Shown piece after piece: positions 61,188-64,000 of a DNA stretch of 64,000 bases. Source of the DNA: Flavobacteriales bacterium (GTDB lineage: Bacteria > Bacteroidota > Bacteroidia > Flavobacteriales_D > Crocinitomicaceae); contig CANJSS010000002.1 in the NCBI GenBank assembly GCA_947476955.1, positions 615-64,614 on the forward strand. Direction: 5' to 3'. The notes under the pieces are model-generated. The model ran no database searches and was not told the DNA's origin. It was given only the letters and a program-made list of their open reading frames with translations. Every line of letters begins with the position of its first letter. Position 1 is the first letter of the stretch. The position numbers and the translations under genes were made by a program.

Positions 61188-64000
61188 TTATCGGATAACT
61201 TGCAATTTCCTTGTAATAATTTGATTAGCTGTATACACTTGAATCAGATATTCACCATTTTCAAAATTAGTAGTGTTAATAGCTATTTTTGATGCTTTTG
61301 GATCAACATTATATACCATCTGACCAAGAAGATTTCGTACTTCGATTTTATCAATAATATGCCCTTTCATTTGCACTTCTGCAAATTCCCAAGAAGGATT
61401 AGGGTATACTGTCAAGCCGCCATCTATATTGCTCACATCATCAAGTCCAACGAAATCTGGAACAATAAATTGATTTGTCGAAATGCATCCCGAAGCATCT
61501 GATATTGTCAAAGTGTAAGTTCCGGAAGTCAGCGAATCAATATCTTCCGTAGTTTCACCATTTGACCACCCAAACGAATATGGCGTTGTTCCACCTGTTA
61601 CAGTTGCGTCAATTGAACCGGTAGTTGAAGTGGTTCCATAGATTACAGAATTCACTACAATCGGAGCTTCTGGTTGTGTAATTTCAAACGATTCTGTTTC
61701 ACTGCAGCCATTTCCATCTTCTACTACAACAGTATAAATCCCATCAACTAAACCATATATATCTTCCGAAACCGAGCCATTTGACCATAAGAATGTATTA
61801 AAACCAACACCACCATTCACAGTAAGGTTCACACCACCATTGTTTCCTCCTGCGCAGGAGACATCGCTAATTGAAGATGTTAATATCAATGCACTTGGCT
61901 CAATAACTTGAACAATTTGTATTTTCACACAACCATTTGCATCTCGAATATAAATTGTTTTAGGTCCCCCTGATAAACCATTGAAAATATTAGAAGGTTG
62001 GTAATTTATTCCATTTAAACTATACTCAAGCGTTCCTACTCCGCCAAAAGCATAAACAGTAAGCGCGCCATTATTCAACCCGTTGCACGTTACATTTAAA
62101 ACACCTATATAGGAAACAATAACAGCCGGCTCAACAATTGTAACAGAAATTTCTCCAGTACAACTTGCAATGTCTCGAACAGTAAAAGTATAGGTTCCAG
62201 CAGTCAGATTATTAAAAACATTGCTGGATTGATAGGTCAAACCGCCATTAAGACTATACGCCAATGTTCCAGCTCCACCAGCAGCTAAAATTGTTGCGGA
62301 TCCATTATTTCCATCGTGACATGTAACATTTGAAATAACGCTCGTAATGGTGAATGCACTTGGTTGCAAAAGCGATACTGTTTCTGTTCCAATACAGCCA
62401 TTTGCATCTTTAACATAAACAGTATAGTTTCCTGCGGATAGATTAGAAAAGGTTGTAACAGTTTGCCAAGATAATCCATTCAAACTATACGTCAATACGC
62501 CTGTTCCACCAGTTACACTATTTACAGTTATACTGCCGTCATCGCCGCCGTTGCATGCGATATTTGTAGAACTAGTTGTTGCGATAGCTGGACCATTTGA
62601 ATCAAAAATTGTTTCAGCGATAATGTTTTTACAGCCCGTTCCATCTTGAATTGTAATGAAGTAATTTCCAGCAGGTCGAGAAGTAAAAGAACCTGAAGAA
62701 GTGAATGTTATTCCATTCAAACTGTATTGGTATCCAGAACCTGAGCCCCCTGTTGCAACAACTAATAAACCACCGTTGCTATTTCCACACGTTGAGTTTG
62801 TAGAAGTTGTGCTGGCAGTTATCAATGTTGGTTGGGAAACTGTAACATTGGTAATGTAATAGCATCCTTTTGAATCGACTGTTTTTATGGAATAAATTCC
62901 CGCAGTAAGATCTAAGAAGTTATTGGATGGTTGTAATGCTCCATTATTTATTGAAAAATAATAAGGTGCTGTTCCACCTGCTGGATTTACAATGATTGAA
63001 CCATCGTCAGAACCAAAACAATCTGCCGCTGAAACAACAAATGTTGCAGCTACCAATGCTGGTTGAGTAACAACGACGGTTGTTTGCGCAGTGCACAAGG
63101 AAGAACCTTTGACATAAACGGTATAATTACCCGCTGCTAATCCTGAAAAATTTGTACTTGATTGGTAACTAATTCCATTAATACTATACGTTAGTGTTCC
63201 AATTCCACCAATTGCAGAGGTGATATTAATTTGTCCATTACTACCACCATTGCACGTTACGGCAACTGTTGAAGTTGTAAATACAATTGCTTGTGGCTGA
63301 CTTATTGCAACCGGAAAACCTTGCGTACATCCAGAAGCATCTCTCACCAAAACTGGATAGGTTCCAGCTATTAGACCTGTAAAAGTTCCGTTAGCTTGAA
63401 AAGTTAATCCACCATTTTTACTGTACTGTAAAATCCCAGTTCCACCAGTTGCTGAAAGTACAATTGTTGCATCATTTCCATTGTGACAACTAACATTTGT
63501 AGTGCTAGTAAGGGTCAAAGATGGAGATCCTAAATCATTTACAATAATATAAATTGACTTCAAACACGCATTTCCATCTTTAGCAGTAATCGTGTAAGAA
63601 CCGGATGCTAATCCTGCAAAGGAACCAGAACTTTGAAAAGTGCCATTATTTAATTGATACTGCATACTGCCTGTTCCACCAGTTGCGCTGACAAGAATTG
63701 CACCGTCATTATTTCCACAATTTGAATTAGTAGACGAAGCGGTAGCAAAAACAATAGCAGATGATTGAGAAATGGAGAAGGATGATGAATTAGTGCAACC
63801 CAAAGCATCTCTAACGAATAGGGAATAACTACCTACAGATAAATTAGCAAAAGTTGGTGAAGATTGGTACGAAATATTATTCAAACTATAGGTAAAAGGA
63901 GCTGTTCCGCCTGTTGTTACCGCTGAAACACTTCCTGTATTTCCGCCATTGCACGCAACATTTGTAATTGCAGATGCACTTACTGCGAGTCCAACGGAAA
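61188..64000 (-). CDS. Large T9SS-secreted repeat protein (SprB-type Cys-bracketed modules plus type-A C-terminal sorting domain). The 5' end lies beyond the window.
   Basis: The frame stays open past the listed ATG at 63884 to nt 64000. At least 11 tandem ~75-78-aa modules of the form C-x-G-x-(N/D)-G ... GG(T/S/V)G ... Y(S/Q)(L/I)N ... AG-x-Y ... D-x-x-GC. C-terminal LTVYPNPS...YLIQVYT...KLQVIR sorting domain. Confidence 0.85.
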   Translation of the reverse strand, partial: SVGLAVSASAITNVACNGGNTGSVSAVTTGGTAPFTYSLNNISYQSSPTFANLSVGSYSLFVRDALGCTNSSSFSISQSSAIVFATASSTNSNCGNNDGAILVSATGGTGSMQYQLNNGTFQSSGSFAGLASGSYTITAKDGNACLKSIYIIVNDLGSPSLTLTSTTNVSCHNGNDATIVLSATGGTGILQYSKNGGLTFQANGTFTGLIAGTYPVLVRDASGCTQGFPVAISQPQAIVFTTSTVAVTCNGGSNGQINITSAIGGIGTLTYSINGISYQSSTNFSGLAAGNYTVYVKGSSLCTAQTTVVVTQPALVAATFVVSAADCFGSDDGSIIVNPAGGTAPYYFSINNGALQPSNNFLDLTAGIYSIKTVDSKGCYYITNVTVSQPTLITASTTSTNSTCGNSNGGLLVVATGGSGSGYQYSLNGITFTSSGSFTSRPAGNYFITIQDGTGCKNIIAETIFDSNGPAIATTSSTNIACNGGDDGSITVNSVTGGTGVLTYSLNGLSWQTVTTFSNLSAGNYTVYVKDANGCIGTETVSLLQPSAFTITSVISNVTCHDGNNGSATILAAGGAGTLAYSLNGGLTYQSSNVFNNLTAGTYTFTVRDIASCTGEISVTIVEPAVIVSYIGVLNVTCNGLNNGALTVYAFGGVGTLEYSLNGINYQPSNIFNGLSGGPKTIYIRDANGCVKIQIVQVIEPSALILTSSISDVSCAGGNNGGVNLTVNGGVGFNTFLWSNGSVSEDIYGLVDGIYTVVVEDGNGCSETESFEITQPEAPIVVNSVIYGTTSTTGSIDATVTGGTTPYSFGWSNGETTEDIDSLTSGTYTLTISDASGCISTNQFIVPDFVGLDDVSNIDGGLTVYPNPSWEFAEVQMKGHIIDKIEVRNLLGQMVYNVDPKASKIAINTTNFENGEYLIQVYTANQIITRKLQVIR
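61441..64000 (-). repeat. Tandem, diverged ~230-bp coding repeats (adhesin modules).
   Basis: The first-Cys to first-Cys period is 77-78 aa where counted (C56, C133, C211 of the listed translation). Confidence 0.75.

Noticed and set aside
1-64000. Mobile element, prophage or defence-island content.
   Set aside because: No integrase, transposase, recombinase, restriction-modification, toxin-antitoxin, reverse transcriptase, Cas or phage structural motifs were recognised in any frame. There are no tRNA attachment sites or flanking long direct repeats. Gene content and composition look uniformly like core chromosome.

Overview
This is an AT-rich (by eye mid-30s % GC) 64-kb chromosomal segment that looks like a Bacteroidota, Flavobacteriia-type genome. 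The clues are T9SS C-terminal sorting domains on the cargo genes at both window ends, many TAnnTTTG '-7' promoter boxes, and a Bat-type MoxR/VWA operon. I call about 61 tightly packed protein-coding genes. I found no rRNA, tRNA, CRISPR array, transposase, integrase, or recognisable phage or defence genes. Most of the window is housekeeping: fabF, uvrA, a Wza/Wzc polysaccharide-export operon, dacB, ddl, obg-adk-hpt, purK, rlmN, dnaG, pdxJ, nadK, prfB, gcvH, tonB, deoC plus aldehyde dehydrogenases, and hmgA-hpd.

Regions worth a second look:
1. 28.6-36.1 kb, window centre: a translationally coupled seven-gene MoxR / DUF58 / BatD-like / VWA / VWA / TPR / BatD envelope module. It is Bat-type, its mechanism is unresolved, and there is no BatE. 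A zinc-ribbon gene is transcribed divergently from it.
2. 20.6-26.2 kb: a seven-gene operon in which an ECF sigma factor with no anti-sigma partner is coupled to crtI-crtB-idi, a mammalian-type (C-x5-HGH) pterin synthase, a photolyase and Bcp. A cupin, an SRPBCC protein and a DUF3050-like protein follow it.
3. 291-510: a 2 x 110-bp tandem repeat. Each copy has a hairpin and a 28-codon micro-ORF starting MCVAHP, and the repeat sits where acpP would normally precede fabF.
4. 53056-53937: an aldehyde-dehydrogenase paralog that lacks the whole catalytic domain and is coupled to a full-length ALDH and deoC.

Smaller oddities:
- An in-frame (TATGGY)6 microsatellite encodes the Wzc tyrosine cluster.
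- DnaG and UvrA have eroded zinc ligands.
- A secreted cyclophilin-FKBP fusion carries a His-rich tail.

All functional calls come from motif recognition in the supplied translations. No database search was possible.
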